DNA from: Octopus vulgaris
Lineage: Eukaryota
DNA length: 64,000 bases
Direction: 5' to 3'
Assembly: GCA_951406725.2 (NCBI GenBank)
Contig: OX597828.1
Location: 15,314,001-15,378,000 of the forward strand
Shown piece after piece: positions 1 to 12,689 of this stretch. Made by a program: the position numbers and the translations under genes. The notes below the pieces were generated by a model. That model was not told the DNA's origin and searched no databases. It saw nothing but the letters and a program-made list of their open reading frames with translations. The stretch's first letter is position 1; every line of letters starts with the position of its first letter.

Positions 1-300
1 ATCTAGAGCAACATAACACAGAACAGCCCATCCTTTTCTCCTTTTCAAAGCCATACCCATTGTATATTTTGAATTCCTATGTCTGTAGGCTTAATAAAGC
101 ACTTACTGTCACTTACAGTGATGAACTGTTATATGATATGGTATCATCCAGGTGGACTGTGGCATTTGAAATTGTAACTTTGTGACAAGTTGTAGGATAT
201 CATATTTTATTCATAAAACACAGCTCTTCCCCCTTCCCTCACATTATCTCATATACACACACACACACACTGTGTGTGTGTGTGTATTAAATATGTATAT

Positions 301-382
<82 letters not shown>

Positions 383-519
383 AAATAAGAAAATGGAGAA
401 ATATATCTAAATCATTCATCAACTATCAGATAATACCGAATCATATACTTTATTAAAACACTACACAAGAGCATTAAGATTAGACATTAATACAGTACAA
501 TAAATATATATATATATAT

Positions 520-978
520 AACATTGACCTCCTGGAATCTGTCCAGAGACGTGCAACCAAACGCATACCCTCCATCAGACACCTACCATATTCTGAGCGC
601 CTTGTTTCCCTGGGCATGGATTCACTGAAGCTCCGGCGTCTGGCGACGGACTTGGTAAACACCCACAAAGTTATCAACCACCTCACCAACAACACTGAAC
701 ACCTTTTTGATCTCCATGTGTCCAACACACGTGGACATGCCTACAAAGTCAGAAAACAACACAGCTCCCATGACTTTCGGAAACATTTTTTCATGCTCAG
801 AGTTGCTGAAGCATGGAATAAACTGCCTGCGTCAGTTGTTGACTGCCATGACACTGCATCCTTTAAGGCCCTCATGCTTTCCGAAATCCGCCGAAACTAC
901 ACCTGATTATATATACACTTTAGATGAGTTGTAGTGCACCTGAGCACTGTACACAATTATTATTATTATTATTATTAT
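520..978 (+). mobile_element. 5'-truncated CR1-clade LINE 3' end (ORF2 C-terminus plus (ATT)n tail)
   Basis: Translates to LESVQRRATKRIP..YSERL..LRRL..TRGH..HFF..RVAEAWNKLP, the typical CR1 ORF2 C-terminus, and ends in ATT repeats. A second copy lies at 12690-13380. Confidence 0.85.
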
Positions 979-1166
979 CCTTATATATTATATATTAATA
1001 TATTTTATATCTTATATGTAAAACATGATATGTTATACATGTATGTATATTCTTGTAATTGTCAGTTTAGTAAATAAATGAAGAAGTTAACTTAATATAA
1101 TGTCTAAAAGTTGATGAACCACCTATTGATCCCCTCCATTTTCTTATTACTATATATATATATATA

Positions 1167-1390
1167 TTTCTTTACTACCCACAAGGGGCTAAACACAGAG
1201 GAGACAAACAAGGACAGACAAACGGATTAAGTCGATTACATCGACCCCAGTGTGTAACTGGTACTTAATTTATCGACCCTGGAAGGATGAAAGGCAAAGT
1301 CGACCTCGGCGGAATTTGAACTCGGAACGTAACGGCAGACGAAATACAGCAACGCATTTCGCCCGGCGTGCTAACGTTTCTGCCAGCTCC
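1167..1390 (-). mobile_element. tRNA-derived SINE, family B (Nin/Deu-like central domain)
   Basis: The reverse complement contains GTTCAAATTCCGCCGAGGTCGACTTTGCCTTTCATCC, which recurs many times in the window. Confidence 0.85.
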
Positions 1391-1941
1391 TCTTCTTGAT
1401 ATAAATTGGAGTGATGTTTCTCTGTCCATTACATTTTTATGTTTGTTAACTCCTCCTAAACCGTTGGTGCAAGTGCAGTGAAACTCAAGCCAGCAACTCT
1501 CCTAATCCCAGGGAATGTCCTAAGTAGGTTTATATTTTAAGGGCCACCTAATTGGAGCTCCACTGACCCCCTATTTTCATTGCATTTTAAACTAAATACA
1601 TGGCATTGGTGACCAAATCGGAGCAATGACAATGAATTTCATACCATGAACCCTCAGGGAGCATCATAAGGCGGTTCAATTTCTGAAGGGCCACTTAAAT
1701 GGGGACCCATTGACCCCACTATTTTTACTGCATTTATTTCACTCCTATGCTTATTGACTAAACTATGATCAACATCAATGCTTAGCACATTTGCAGAAAC
1801 AAGTTTCATTAAACAAAGGAAGAGGGTCACAAAGTGGCCCAATATTGAGGCTGCATGCCCCAAAGCTACCCTCTGCAGGAACTAGCGTGAATGCTGCCCA
1901 ACGGGTAGCTTCGAGGATAGTATATATATATATATATATAT

Positions 1942-3715
1942 ATCATCACCATCATCATCATTTAATGTCCGCTTTCCATGCTAGCATGGGTTGGATGATT
2001 TGACCAGATGGCTGCACCAGGCTTCAATCTTGATCTGGCAGAGTTTCTACAGCTGGATGCCCTTCCTAATGCCAACCACTCTCAGAGTGTAGTGGGTGCT
2101 TTTTACATGCCACTCTGATGGGGCCAGTAAGGCGGTACTGGCAATGACCTTGCTCGAATCTTTTACACATGCCACCGGCACAGGTGACAGTAAGGTGATG
2201 CTGGTAACGATCATGCTCGAATGGTGCCTTTTACGTGCCACCAGTATGGAGGCCAGATAGCCGCTCTGGCAATGATCACGCTCGGATGGTGTTCTTAACA
2301 CTCTACTAGCATGGGGCTCGAGTGCCAGTAAGGCAACACTTGCAATGATCACACTCGAATGGTGCCTTTTATGTGCCACTGGCACGGAAGCCAGTTAGCC
2401 ACTCTGTCAACGATCACACTTGTAAGGTGCTCTTTGCACCCCGCTAGCACGGATACCAGTCATCAAATTTAATTTTGATTTTGATTTTGATTTCACTTGC
2501 CTCAACAGGTCTTCACAAGCAGAGTTTTAGTGTCCAAAGAAGGAAAAGGTACGCATAAGTGGGCTGGTTACACTCCTGGCATAGGCCATGTGGTTATGGT
2601 CTCATTTGGCTTGTTGGGTTTTCTCAAGCACAGCATATTTCCAAAAGTCTCTGTCACTAGTCATTTCCTTGGTGAGGCCTAAAGTTCAAAGGTCGTGCTT
2701 CCCCACTTCATCCCAGGTCTTCCTGGGTCTACCTCTTTCACAGGTTCCCTCAACCGCTAGGGTGTGGCACTTTTTCACACAGCTATCCTCATCCATTCTT
2801 GCCACATGACCATACCAGCGCAGTTGTCTCTCTTGCACACCACATCTGATGCTTCTTAGGTCCAACATTTCTCTCAAGGTACTTACACTCTGTCAAGTAT
2901 GCACACTGACATTACACATCCATCGGATCATACTGGCTTCATTCCTTGCAAGCTTACGCATGTCCTCAGCAGTCACAGCCCATGTTTCATTGCCATGTAG
3001 CATGGCTGTTCATACACATGCATCATACAGTCTACCTTTTACTCTGAGCGAGGGTCCCTTTGTCACCAATAGAAGTAAGAGCTCTCTGAACTTTGCTCAA
3101 GCTATTCTTATTCTAGCAGCTACACTTTCAGTGCACTGACTTGGTCACCTAGGTAATGGAAGCTATCAACTACTTCTAGTTTTTCTCCCTGGAATGTGGC
3201 GGAAGTTGTTCTCTGCACATTTTCAGAGTTTATTGCTCCCGAGCATCTGCCACATACAAAAACTCTCTTGCCAGTTAGCCTTCCTTTGACATTGCTGCAC
3301 CTCTTATGTGTCCATAGCTTATACTGGGTACATCTTATAGTGTTTCTACCTATGCCTCTACTACAGATCGAGCAGGGCCATCTACCTGAAGGGATTTGTG
3401 GTTTGCATGCCTTCCTACTTATTAGGACTTTGGTTTTAGCTAGGTTGACTCTAAGGCCCTTTGATTCTAATCCTTGCTTCCACACCTGAAACTTCTCCTC
3501 TAGTTCTGATAGTGACTCAGCAATTAGAGCAAGGTCATCAGCATAGAGGAGCTTCCAGGGGCATCCTGTCTTGAATTCCTCCGTTATTGCTTGAAGGACT
3601 ATGATAAATAGAAGGAGGCTGAGGACTGAACCCTGGTGGACCCCTACCTCTACCCTAGATTCTTCAGTGTACTCATTGCCAACGCTCACCTTACTGACAG
3701 TGACCTGTACATGGC
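1942..3715 (-). mobile_element. 5'-truncated RTE-clade LINE (RT with YADD, Cys/His finger, 3' UTR, (GAT)n tail); degenerate
   Basis: ORF 3120-3689 has VGVHQGSVLS..LLYADDLALIA..GLRVNLAKTK..VVDSFHYLG. ORF 2686-2877 has RQLRWYGHVARM..RGRPRKTW. The repetitive 3' UTR ends in (GAT)n on the minus strand. Confidence 0.9.
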
Positions 3716-4395
3716 TTGTATAGTAAGTAGAATTGAAGAATCTGAGAGCCAGTCTAAGACAAAATTAGAGACGAATGACTGTGTGATAAACTTTTATAGA
3801 TGAGTGAAAGAATATGTCGCAGATTAAGGAAATGCGTGAGCTAAGGTTATCTTAGACATCAACAGTAAGACGAAACTACAGAACTATATTTACATGATGG
3901 CATCGTGCTGAAATAGACAGAATAGAGATAACTAATAAGGGTTTAATGATATGTGCAGAAATACAAGGTAGTTAGCATGTTGAAATTTTAAACAAAAAAA
4001 AATTCTTATCTGTGAGTTATCATCCTTTGGGTTCGTATTTTACAGCCAAGGTATTGAAATCGAAATTGGAAGCTATCATGCGTGCGCTAGCTTGAGTGTG
4101 TGTACATAAGTTTTGATGTAAGTATATATGTATGTATATATATATGCCTACTCATATACTTGTATATATATGTGTTTGTGTGTAAATATGAAAGGGTTGC
4201 ATGACGCAACGAAAATTTTAGGAAAATAAGAATAAGAAATAAGTGGAAATTTTACCGGTGAGTGTGTTACATTATAAGCAACAAAAAGAAAATGACTCTC
4301 CCCAGACATAACAAAATATGTTTCAACACACGAACTCATATAAAGAATCTTGCAAACCAAATCCCAAAACGAAATATATATATATATATATATAT

Positions 4396-4430
<35 letters not shown>

Positions 4431-4712
4431 TTAACATCTGCTTTCCATGCTAGCATGGGTCGGACAATTTGACTGAGGTCTGGCGAACCAGACTCCAATC
4501 TGATCTGGAAGAGTTTCTACAGCTGGATGCCCTTCCTAATGCCAACCACTCTGAGAGTGTAGTGGGTGCTTTTACGTCCCACTGGCATGAGGGCATTTTA
4601 TGGTGCATTTTACGTGCCACCTGCACAGGAGCCAGTCCAGCGGCACTGGCGACGACCTCGCTCGAATGTTTCACATGCCACCAGCACAAGTGCTAGTAAG
4701 GCGACACGGTAA
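4396..4712 (-). mobile_element. RTE LINE 3' UTR fragment
   Basis: Same TTTCCATGCTAGCATGGG..CAGCTGGATGCCCTTCCTAATGCCAACCAC tail as 1942-2100, with a (CAT)n array. Confidence 0.8.
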
Positions 4713-5213
4713 CATATATATATGTATGTATGTATGTATTATATATATATATATGTATGTATATATACGTTTATATATATATATATATGTATATGTAAAT
4801 ATATGTATGGTTTACTAGAGTCTTGCTCCTTTAATTGACAGCTAACATCTTGATTTAAGATTCCTTTACTAAATATCATTATATTTCTTCAAATTAATCT
4901 TGATAGTTTTATGGCTATACTCACTATGATTTCTGTCGATTCTCTCAGCCCCTTTCCTAACAGACACTGCTCCCTGTTCCTTGGCCTTTGATTTTAATAT
5001 ACAAAGATTTGTTAAACAAGACTATAAATTAAAACTGACCCCAAAAAACAGTGACAAGCTAGATCTCAAACAAGTCTTTCTTCCTGATACCTTAGTAGCT
5101 TCCAAGCTGAAGTTAAAACAGCTTGTTCTTTGTCTATCTCCTTAAATTCTTGGAGGTTTTAGGTAAAATCATACTAATGTGTCCATTTGTTTAATTTAAT
5201 TCTATGTATTTAT

Positions 5214-5297
5214 GCAGCTGAGGATTGCTCTGCATTTAAATTGATGTAATGGTTGCATTGCTCAATTAAATGGAGTTGCTTGAAACGATCGTATTGC
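5214..5297 (+). ncRNA. Minimal type I hammerhead ribozyme motif (Penelope-type), degenerate stem II base
   Basis: GCAG-CTGAGGA...GAAA-CGATCG-TA-TTGC. Stem I is GCAG/TTGC, stem III is palindromic, and the cleavage triplet is GUA. Confidence 0.55.
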
Positions 5298-5499
5298 CTT
5301 ACCTCTGGGTATCCTGTTGCTCATTTTGATTTTAACCTCCTTATTTTGAAACTGTATGGATAATACCCTACTAAATTCTGGTGCCTCAACTTAGGTACCT
5401 AATTCACCTGTATCTCTCTCTCTCTATATATATATATGTAAATATATGTGCATATATATATATATATATATATGTATGTATATATTTATATGTTGTTTG

Positions 5500-5791
5500 T
5501 CTGTTCCTTCTCAAGCCACGCCTTGCTCATAAGGGCTGGTTTTCTGGTTTCCTTGGCGTATAGGTTCCCCACCTGGAGAGGACGCTGGTCCGTCACAGGT
5601 GAGCTGCAAGATGCAGGAGGAAAGAGTTAGAGAAAGTTGTGGCGAAAGAGTCAGCAGAAGTTCACCATTACCTTCTGCTGAAGCTGCATAGAGATTAAGA
5701 GTTTCGCTCATAAACACACACGCTGCTAAGATTTGAACCCGTGATCCCTCAACTGCGAGTTTGCTGCTCTAACCACTAGGCCATGTGCCTC

Positions 5792-5792
<1 letters not shown>
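5500..5792 (-). mobile_element. tRNA-derived SINE
   Basis: The reverse complement starts GGAGGCACATGGCCTAGTGGTTAGAGC..GGGTTCAAATC (Pol III A/B boxes). Confidence 0.7.
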
Positions 5793-5831
<39 letters not shown>

Positions 5832-5995
5832 AACAACTTATAAACAAGGGCAAATGAAAAAATTTCTAATGCCAAATATGCCGAAATAGACTTAAACGTC
5901 AATAACCATATAATTTAACACTATAAGCACATATTTTGAAGAAAACCGACAGAAATTTCTAAAAAATTTCTATACACACACACACACATATTTAC

Positions 5996-6032
<37 letters not shown>

Positions 6033-6637
6033 TATATAAACATTTATGTATATACACATGCCTCAATTTATACAAATTTATCAATGACAAACAGCTGTTA
6101 TGCATCCCCATGTGAGAAGTTCATAAAGTAAACACAGTTTGTAGTTTGTTAAATGTTATTGAACTACAAATTGATAAGCTGTGTAATTAAGCAGTAATCT
6201 AATGAGCTATTAAACATCTATGAATAATATAAAGTACTTGTTTGAGGGATGAGTAAGAGTGACACTATTTCCTGAAATTATGCAGCCAGTGGGAGGTGGG
6301 ATGCCTATGTGGTTGTGTGAATGCTAGAAATAGCAGTCAAATATCTCTCAAATCACAACTTACTGGTTCAAAAAAGTGCAAGTTGGATAACGAAGTTCTG
6401 AGAATTTTGCACAATAGAATAAATAAATGGGATGGCCATATTTGGTGTGTTTTTCATAGCAAGATTACACAATCAGGGCTGACCTAATGCTAAAAAAAAA
6501 AAAGAATGACTACGTAATATAAAAATTATTCTAGAGTATTTTAGTAGAATCACTGATGCATGTTACCACAATATGACATTATAAATGAGTAAGTCGCTGT
6601 GTTCAGAAATATGGGCGAAAACATTTCTAAATATTTT

Positions 6638-7047
6638 GGCGCAGGAGTGGCTGTGTGGTAAGTAGCCTGCTTGCCAACCACATGGTTCTGGGTTCAGTCC
6701 CACTGCATGGCACCTTGGGCAAGTGTCTTCTGCTATAACCTCAGGCTGACCAAAGCCTTGTGAGTGGATCTGGTAGACAGAAACTGAAAGAAGCCCATCG
6801 TATATATGTATGTGTGTGTATATACTTGTGTGTCTGTGTCCCCCCCCCCACATCACTTGACAACCGATGCTGGTGTGTTTACATCCCCGTAACTTAGACC
6901 AGTAGAGACCAATAGAATAACTTAGACCAAAAGAATAAGTACTAGGCTTACAAAGAATAAGTCCTGGGGTTGATTTGCTCGACTAAAGGCGGTGCCCCAG
7001 CATGGCCACAGTCAAATGACTGAAACAAGTAAAAGAGTAAAAGAGTA
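6638..7047 (+). mobile_element. tRNA-derived CORE-like SINE, family A
   Basis: GGCGCAGGAGTGGCTGTGTGGTAAG..GGTTCAGTCCCACTGC..ACCTTGGGCAAGTG head, an internal microsatellite and a (TAAAAGAG) tail. More than 10 copies occur in the window. Confidence 0.9.
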
Positions 7048-7413
7048 TTCTATATATGTGCAGGTGGTGTATGCATGTATATATATGAATGTGTTTGTGT
7101 ATGCATGTGTGTGTGAGCAGTAATTTGTTTTCTGTGTATAAGAGAGTATATGTGTCTACAAGAGTATTTGTGTGTGCATATATGTGAAAGTGAGTAGATA
7201 TGTGTGTGTTTATGTGAGAAAATTAATTAGTATTTTGTGTATGTAAGAGAGTACATTCGATAGCATAGCTAGAGTGTGTACCACCCGGGGAGGCTCGTCC
7301 GATTTCCACCCCAGGACCCCACAAAAAAACACATATTGCCTAAAGCAGACCTAAAAGCGTTGTTCATATGCCCCCCCACCAACTATGCTAGTTAGTACAT
7401 GTGTGTGTTTATC

Positions 7414-7444
<31 letters not shown>

Positions 7445-7778
7445 GAGGCGCATGGCTCAGTGGTTAGAGCGTCGAGCTTATGATCGTGAGATCGTGAGGT
7501 TGTGAGTTTGAATCCTGGACTGGCCTGCGTGTTGTGTTCTTGAGCAAGACACTCTATTTCATGTTACTCCAGTTCACTCAGCTGTAGAAATGAGTTGCAA
7601 TGTCACAGGTGCCAAGCTGCATTGGCCCTTTTGCCTTTCCCTTGGATAACACTGGTGGCATGAAGAGGGAAGGCTGGTATGCATGAGCGACTGCTGGTCT
7701 TTCATAAACAACCTTGCCTGGGAGGGTAACTTTCTAGGTGCAATCCCATGGTCAGTCATGACCGAAAGGGGTTCTCAG
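7445..7778 (+). mobile_element. tRNA-derived SINE, family C
   Basis: TGGCTCAGTGGTTAGAGC A box followed by GTGTTGTGTTCTTGAGCAAGACAC. A near-identical copy lies at 55602-55940. Confidence 0.85.
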
Positions 7779-7788
7779 CATATATATA

Positions 7789-7837
<49 letters not shown>

Positions 7838-7946
7838 TCATCATCATCATCATCATCATCGGACGTTAAACGATGATGATGATGATGATGATGATGATGA
7901 TATATATATATACTCAAAATAAGCAACAAGAATAACTTCGGTAATT

Positions 7947-8030
7947 TGGTACGATCGTTTCGCACTACATCATTTTATTAAATGTTGTAAGTATTACAAC
8001 AGTTTTAAAATGCTGAGCACTCATCACCCA
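7947..8030 (-). ncRNA. Minimal hammerhead ribozyme motif with C3->G substitution
   Basis: Reverse complement: TGG-gTGATGA-GTGC...GTGC-GAAA-CGATCG-TA-CCA. Confidence 0.55.
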
Positions 8031-8269
8031 TTAATAGAGATTTTCCATTAATACGTAATTTTCATATCAAGTGATAACATTATAGAGATGGTAGACATAT
8101 ATATATATATGTGTATATATATATATATGAGTGTGTGTATATGTTTGTGGACGTATGTATAAATGTGAGTGTGCGAGGATGAATACAGTAATCACTCATT
8201 ATATCGCGGTTCACCTATCACGCCCTCAGTACATCGCGGGTTTTATGTAAATTTATATCGCGGGTTTAA

Positions 8270-8665
8270 GGTGGTAAGCTGGCAGAAACGTTAGCATGCT
8301 GGGCGAAATGCTTAGCAGTATTTTGTCTGCCATTACGTTCTGAGTTCAAATTCTGCCGGGGTCAACTTTGCCTTTCATCCTTTCAGGGTCGATTAAATAA
8401 GTACCAGTTACGCACTGGGGTCAATGTAATCGACTTAATCTGTTTGTCTGTCCTTGTTTGTCCTCATTGTGTTTAGCCCTTTTTGGGTTGTAAAGAAATA
8501 GGTATTTCGTCTGCCGCTGTGTTCTGAGTTCAAATTCCGCCGATGTCAACTTTGCCTTTCATCCTTTCGGGGTCGATAAATTAGGTACCAGTTGTGTACT
8601 GAAAATGATCTAAATGACTGGCCCCCTCCCACAAAATTTCGGGCCTTGTGTCTAAAATAGGAAAA
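8270..8665 (+). mobile_element. Dimeric family B SINE
   Basis: Two tandem GTTCTGAGTTCAAATTC..TTTGCCTTTCATCCTTTC units. Confidence 0.85.
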
Positions 8666-8859
8666 AGTATAACGCGGGTTTCGGCGGCCGATAGCTATTT
8701 ATAATTTTTTAGATTTTAATTATTTCTGTGGTAAAATAAGGATTTTCACACCTAAAAATTAAAAGATCAATTATTAAATAAATATATAGCACAGTACTGC
8801 ATTGTTTAACACATTAACTTTATATTAAAAGAAAATACTTAGTGTACTGTAGATGAATA

Positions 8860-9610
8860 CTTGATAGACACTGACTTTGCTGACGACATCGCTCTTATCA
8901 GTGATTCTCTCTCCAATGCCCAGTCTCTTTTACAATCTCTCGAACAAGCCTCAAATTGTGTAGGTCTTTACCTCAATGAGGCCAAGCCGGAATATATAAA
9001 CAAGTGCCTGTCCATCATCCATACTCTCAACAATGCGCCCTTAAATATTTCTGATTACAAATATCTTGGGTCATACATATCATCTGGAAAAGATTTTCTA
9101 ACTAGAAAGCGTATGGCCTGGTCAGCCTGTAATGACATGCATATGATCTGGTCATCAAATCTAAGTAGAGACTTCAAACTTGAAATCTTCAAAGCCACAG
9201 TCGAACCAATTCTACTATATGGCTCAGAAACCTGGACGTTATCAAAGAAGCTTAAGAGGCGGTTGGATGGAACCTCCTTATGAGAGCTCAAAATTTCTCG
9301 TGGAAGCATCATCCAACCAAAATGCAAATATATGGGAAACTACCACCTGTGTCATCTCTTGTGAAAGGTAGGAGAGTCCAGTTTGCTGGACATTGTTGTA
9401 GAGCTGAAAACGAGGCAATTTCTCCTCTTCTCCTCTGGAAGCCATCTACTCTCAACACCAGAGGGCACACACTCTCCTACCCTGATGTAATCTCCAGGGA
9501 TACAGGCATCCAGCAACAGGACCTCCGTAATGCTATGATGGACCGTGAAGTCTGGCATAGCATGGTAAATTCCTTTGTCTCGACCACGGTCGAACAATGA
9601 TGATGATGAT
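8860..9610 (+). mobile_element. 5'-truncated RTE-like LINE (second family), frameshifted
   Basis: DFADDIALIS..VGLYLN..YKYLGS..PILLYGSETWTL..RRVQFAGHC, with a (GAT)n tail. Probable TSD GTAGATGA(A/G)TA at 8849-8859 and 9611-9621. Confidence 0.85.
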
Positions 9611-9639
9611 GTAGATGAGTAAACAAAGAATCGCACATA

Positions 9640-10117
9640 CTTTTACTCTTTTACTTGTTTCAGTCATTTGACTGCAGCCATGCTGGAGCACCGCCTTTAA
9701 TCGAGCAACTAGACCCCGGGACTTATTCTTTTGTAAGCCCAGTACTTATTCCATTGGTCTCTCTTTTGCCGAACTGCTAAGTAACGGGGACATAAACACA
9801 CCAGCATTGGTTGTCAAGCAATGCTAGGGGGACAAACACAGACACACAAACACATATATATATATATATATATACATATACACATATATATACACATACA
9901 CACACACACACACACACATACACACATATATATATATATATGTATATACATATATACGACGGGCTTCTTTCAGTTTCCATCTACCAAATCCACTCACAAG
10001 GCTTTGGTCAGCCCGAGGCTATAGTAGAAGACACTTGCCCAAGGTGCCAAGCAGTGGGACAGAACCCGGAACCATGTGGTTGGTAAACAAGCTACTTACC
10101 ACACAGCCACTCCTGCA
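9640..10117 (-). mobile_element. Family A SINE
   Basis: Reverse complement of the 6638-7047 sequence. Confidence 0.9.
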
Positions 10118-10582
10118 CCATACTGTATGGAAAATGAAACTCGGGAGGTGAGTGTGTGGTATTGCTTTGCAGTTGTGTGTAAAATTGTGAATTTATTTCA
10201 AACTCTATGGTATCGTCCAAACATTTTGCACCTTCTAAAAATATACAGTACAGTATTGTTTCTACTTCGCGGATTTTCACCTATCGCGTAGGGTTTTGGA
10301 ATGTAACACCCGCAATAGTCCAGGGATTGCTGTATGTATATAAGTGTGTATGCGTGAAAACAAATTTGTATTTCCTGTATCAGAGTGTGTGTGTGTGTGT
10401 GTGTGTGTGTTGTAGAATGTGTAAACAATTATTTCCGTTATGGGTATGAGTGAGAATTATATGTATGTGTGTGTTTCTGTATATATTTGTAAGTGTGTGT
10501 ATGTATGTATGTGAGAACAATAATCTATTGATGTGAAGGAGTATTATGTATGTGTGATGTGTGTGTGTATGTATATATATAT

Positions 10583-10965
10583 GTTTTACTTGTTTCAGTC
10601 ATTTGACTGTGGCTGTGCTGGAGCACCGCCTTTAGTTGAGCAAATTGACCCCAGGACTTATTCTTTGTAAGCCTAGTACTTATTCTATCGGTCTCTTTTG
10701 CCGAACCGCTATGTGACGGGGACATAAACACATCAGCATCGGTTGTCCAACGATGTTGGGGGAGGAACAAACACAGACACACAAATACACACACACACAC
10801 ACACACATATATATACATATATACGACAGGTTACTTTCAGTTTCCGTCTACCAAATCCACTATAGCCCGAGGCTATAGTAGAAGACACTAGCCCAAGGTG
10901 CCACACAGTGGGACTGAACCTGGAACCATGTGGTTCATAAGCAAGCTACACGGCCATTCCTACGC
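10583..10965 (-). mobile_element. Family A SINE
   Basis: Reverse complement of the family A sequence. Confidence 0.85.
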
Positions 10966-11069
10966 CTATATATATATATATCAACATGTTGAGACTTATG
11001 AAGGTAATAAAGTACCGAGATATGTGGCACATTGCTGTACTCAAGAAGACCTGCCCACCATGACAGAAT

Positions 11070-11328
11070 CGATATCCTAGAATCAAGGTGCCATGTAAAA
11101 CACATTGGCACTGGTGCCACATAAAAATCACTGGTGATGGGGCCACGTAAAAAAAAAAACACACCCAGTGCACTCTGTAAAGTGGTTGGTGTTAGGAAGG
11201 GAATCCAGTTGTAGAAATCAAGCCAAAACAGACTCTGGAACCTGCTGTGGTTCCTGGCCTTGCAAGCTCCTGTCAAGCCATCTGACTCATGTTAGCATGG
11301 AAAACGGATGTTAAATGATGATGATGAT
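11070..11328 (+). mobile_element. RTE LINE 3' UTR fragment
   Basis: Ends GCATGGAAAACGGATGTTAAATGATGATG. Confidence 0.75.
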
Positions 11329-11416
11329 TATATATATATATAGATATAGACAAAGATATAGATATGCGCTTTAGTTTACTTGTTTATGTTAGTGAATGTG
11401 TGTGCTTGTTTTAGAG

Positions 11417-11686
11417 TAATGGTTTTTAACCCTTTTTTTGCCTATAGACCCCTTTGTTTCATATTTTACTCTATTGGACCTCCATAGCCATTCGGTGTAT
11501 AGAAAAAAAATACTACTGCATTTTCATAATTAAATGTAATTAGGAATTGCATAAAAAATTTTTTAACATTTTGTGTATTGTAAAAGGATAACTAGTTTAT
11601 TGCAGATAAATTTTAACAACAAAATTTTATATGGACTGTCCCCCCACCCCACCAAAGGTCATATGGACCCTGGTTGAGAACTACTG
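11417..11686. mobile_element. hAT-like MITE (related to 61472-61794, opposite orientation)
   Basis: Termini TAATGGTTTTTAACC / GGTTGAGAACTACTG, with near-identical 8-bp flanks TTTTAGAG and TTTTTGAG. Confidence 0.65.
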
Positions 11687-12689
11687 TTTTTGAGTGTGCC
11701 AGCAATAATTTGTGTTTTGCATATGTCTGAGTGTATATGTATCTACTTGGTTGTGGGTTAGTGCATATATGTGTATTTGCGTGAGTATGCCCCCTGGTCC
11801 TCCTCTTCTTCATCATCATCATCAACATCATCATTCAATTTCAATAGAAGCCAGCTGCAATCGTCTGCTTACTGTTACAGTTTTCATAATTGGTTATGAT
11901 CCAATGGTTGGGTGGCTAGCCCTGGCCATCAGCAAGAATTGAAACCCTACATGAAATTTGAACTCAGAATACAAAGTGCTCGAATAGATACCATGAGGCA
12001 TTTCACCTGTTGTTCTATGAATTCTACCAGTCTGCTACCCTGGATTGGTACCTTGTCAGGATGAAAGGCTAAGTTGACCAAGGCAGTATTTGAACACAGT
12101 GTGTAGAGAGCCAAAGCAAATACTGTGTGACATTGTACCCAGTGCTCTAACATGTTTGCCATTCACTCTCCTGCATGCAAGCCTATGATAACACACTTAT
12201 GTTGTATGGATGTGAGATACAGTCTCAGTCTAGGGGCCTTAACAGCCACCTGATTTCTTTTGGGTACCAAAACACTTCCCATGATTATGGGTTACCAGTG
12301 GTTCAGATTTCATATGCAGCCAATGACTATACACAGTATGATTTGGGTGCGCCAGCTCAGACTGTTTGGTCATATTGCTTGATATTTCTGAGTTGGATCC
12401 TGTGTGTTGTGTTCTCAGCTCTGAGGATCCAGCTGGGGTGACTGCTCATGTTGGTCAGCCACATGTCATATAGTCCTGACAGATAAGGAAATGTCTCACA
12501 GAGATGGTGACTGACTGGGACACTGCTTGAATGGATGCCTGGGACGACTCAAGCAAGTACCAACAAATGGTGGCTGCAGCGACGCACTGCAATGGCACGT
12601 GCCCCAGCACCTGACCTGATCTGATGTGAGATATGGATACACTCCAAAAAACATTGAGATGAATTTGCCAGCATTCAAAAATAATACAA

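Larger units (their letters stand above)
8186..10332. mobile_element. pogo/Tigger-like (Tc1/mariner) non-autonomous element carrying nested insertions
   Basis: Imperfect TIRs CAGTAATCACTC..ATCGCGG / CCGCAATAGTCCAGGGATTGCTG, with TA on both sides. Confidence 0.65.

Noticed and set aside
6563-6856. Recurrent ORFs with YDGLLSVSVYQIHSQG..CPRCHAVGLNPEPCGW
   Set aside because: Incidental translations of family A SINE copies, not a protein family.
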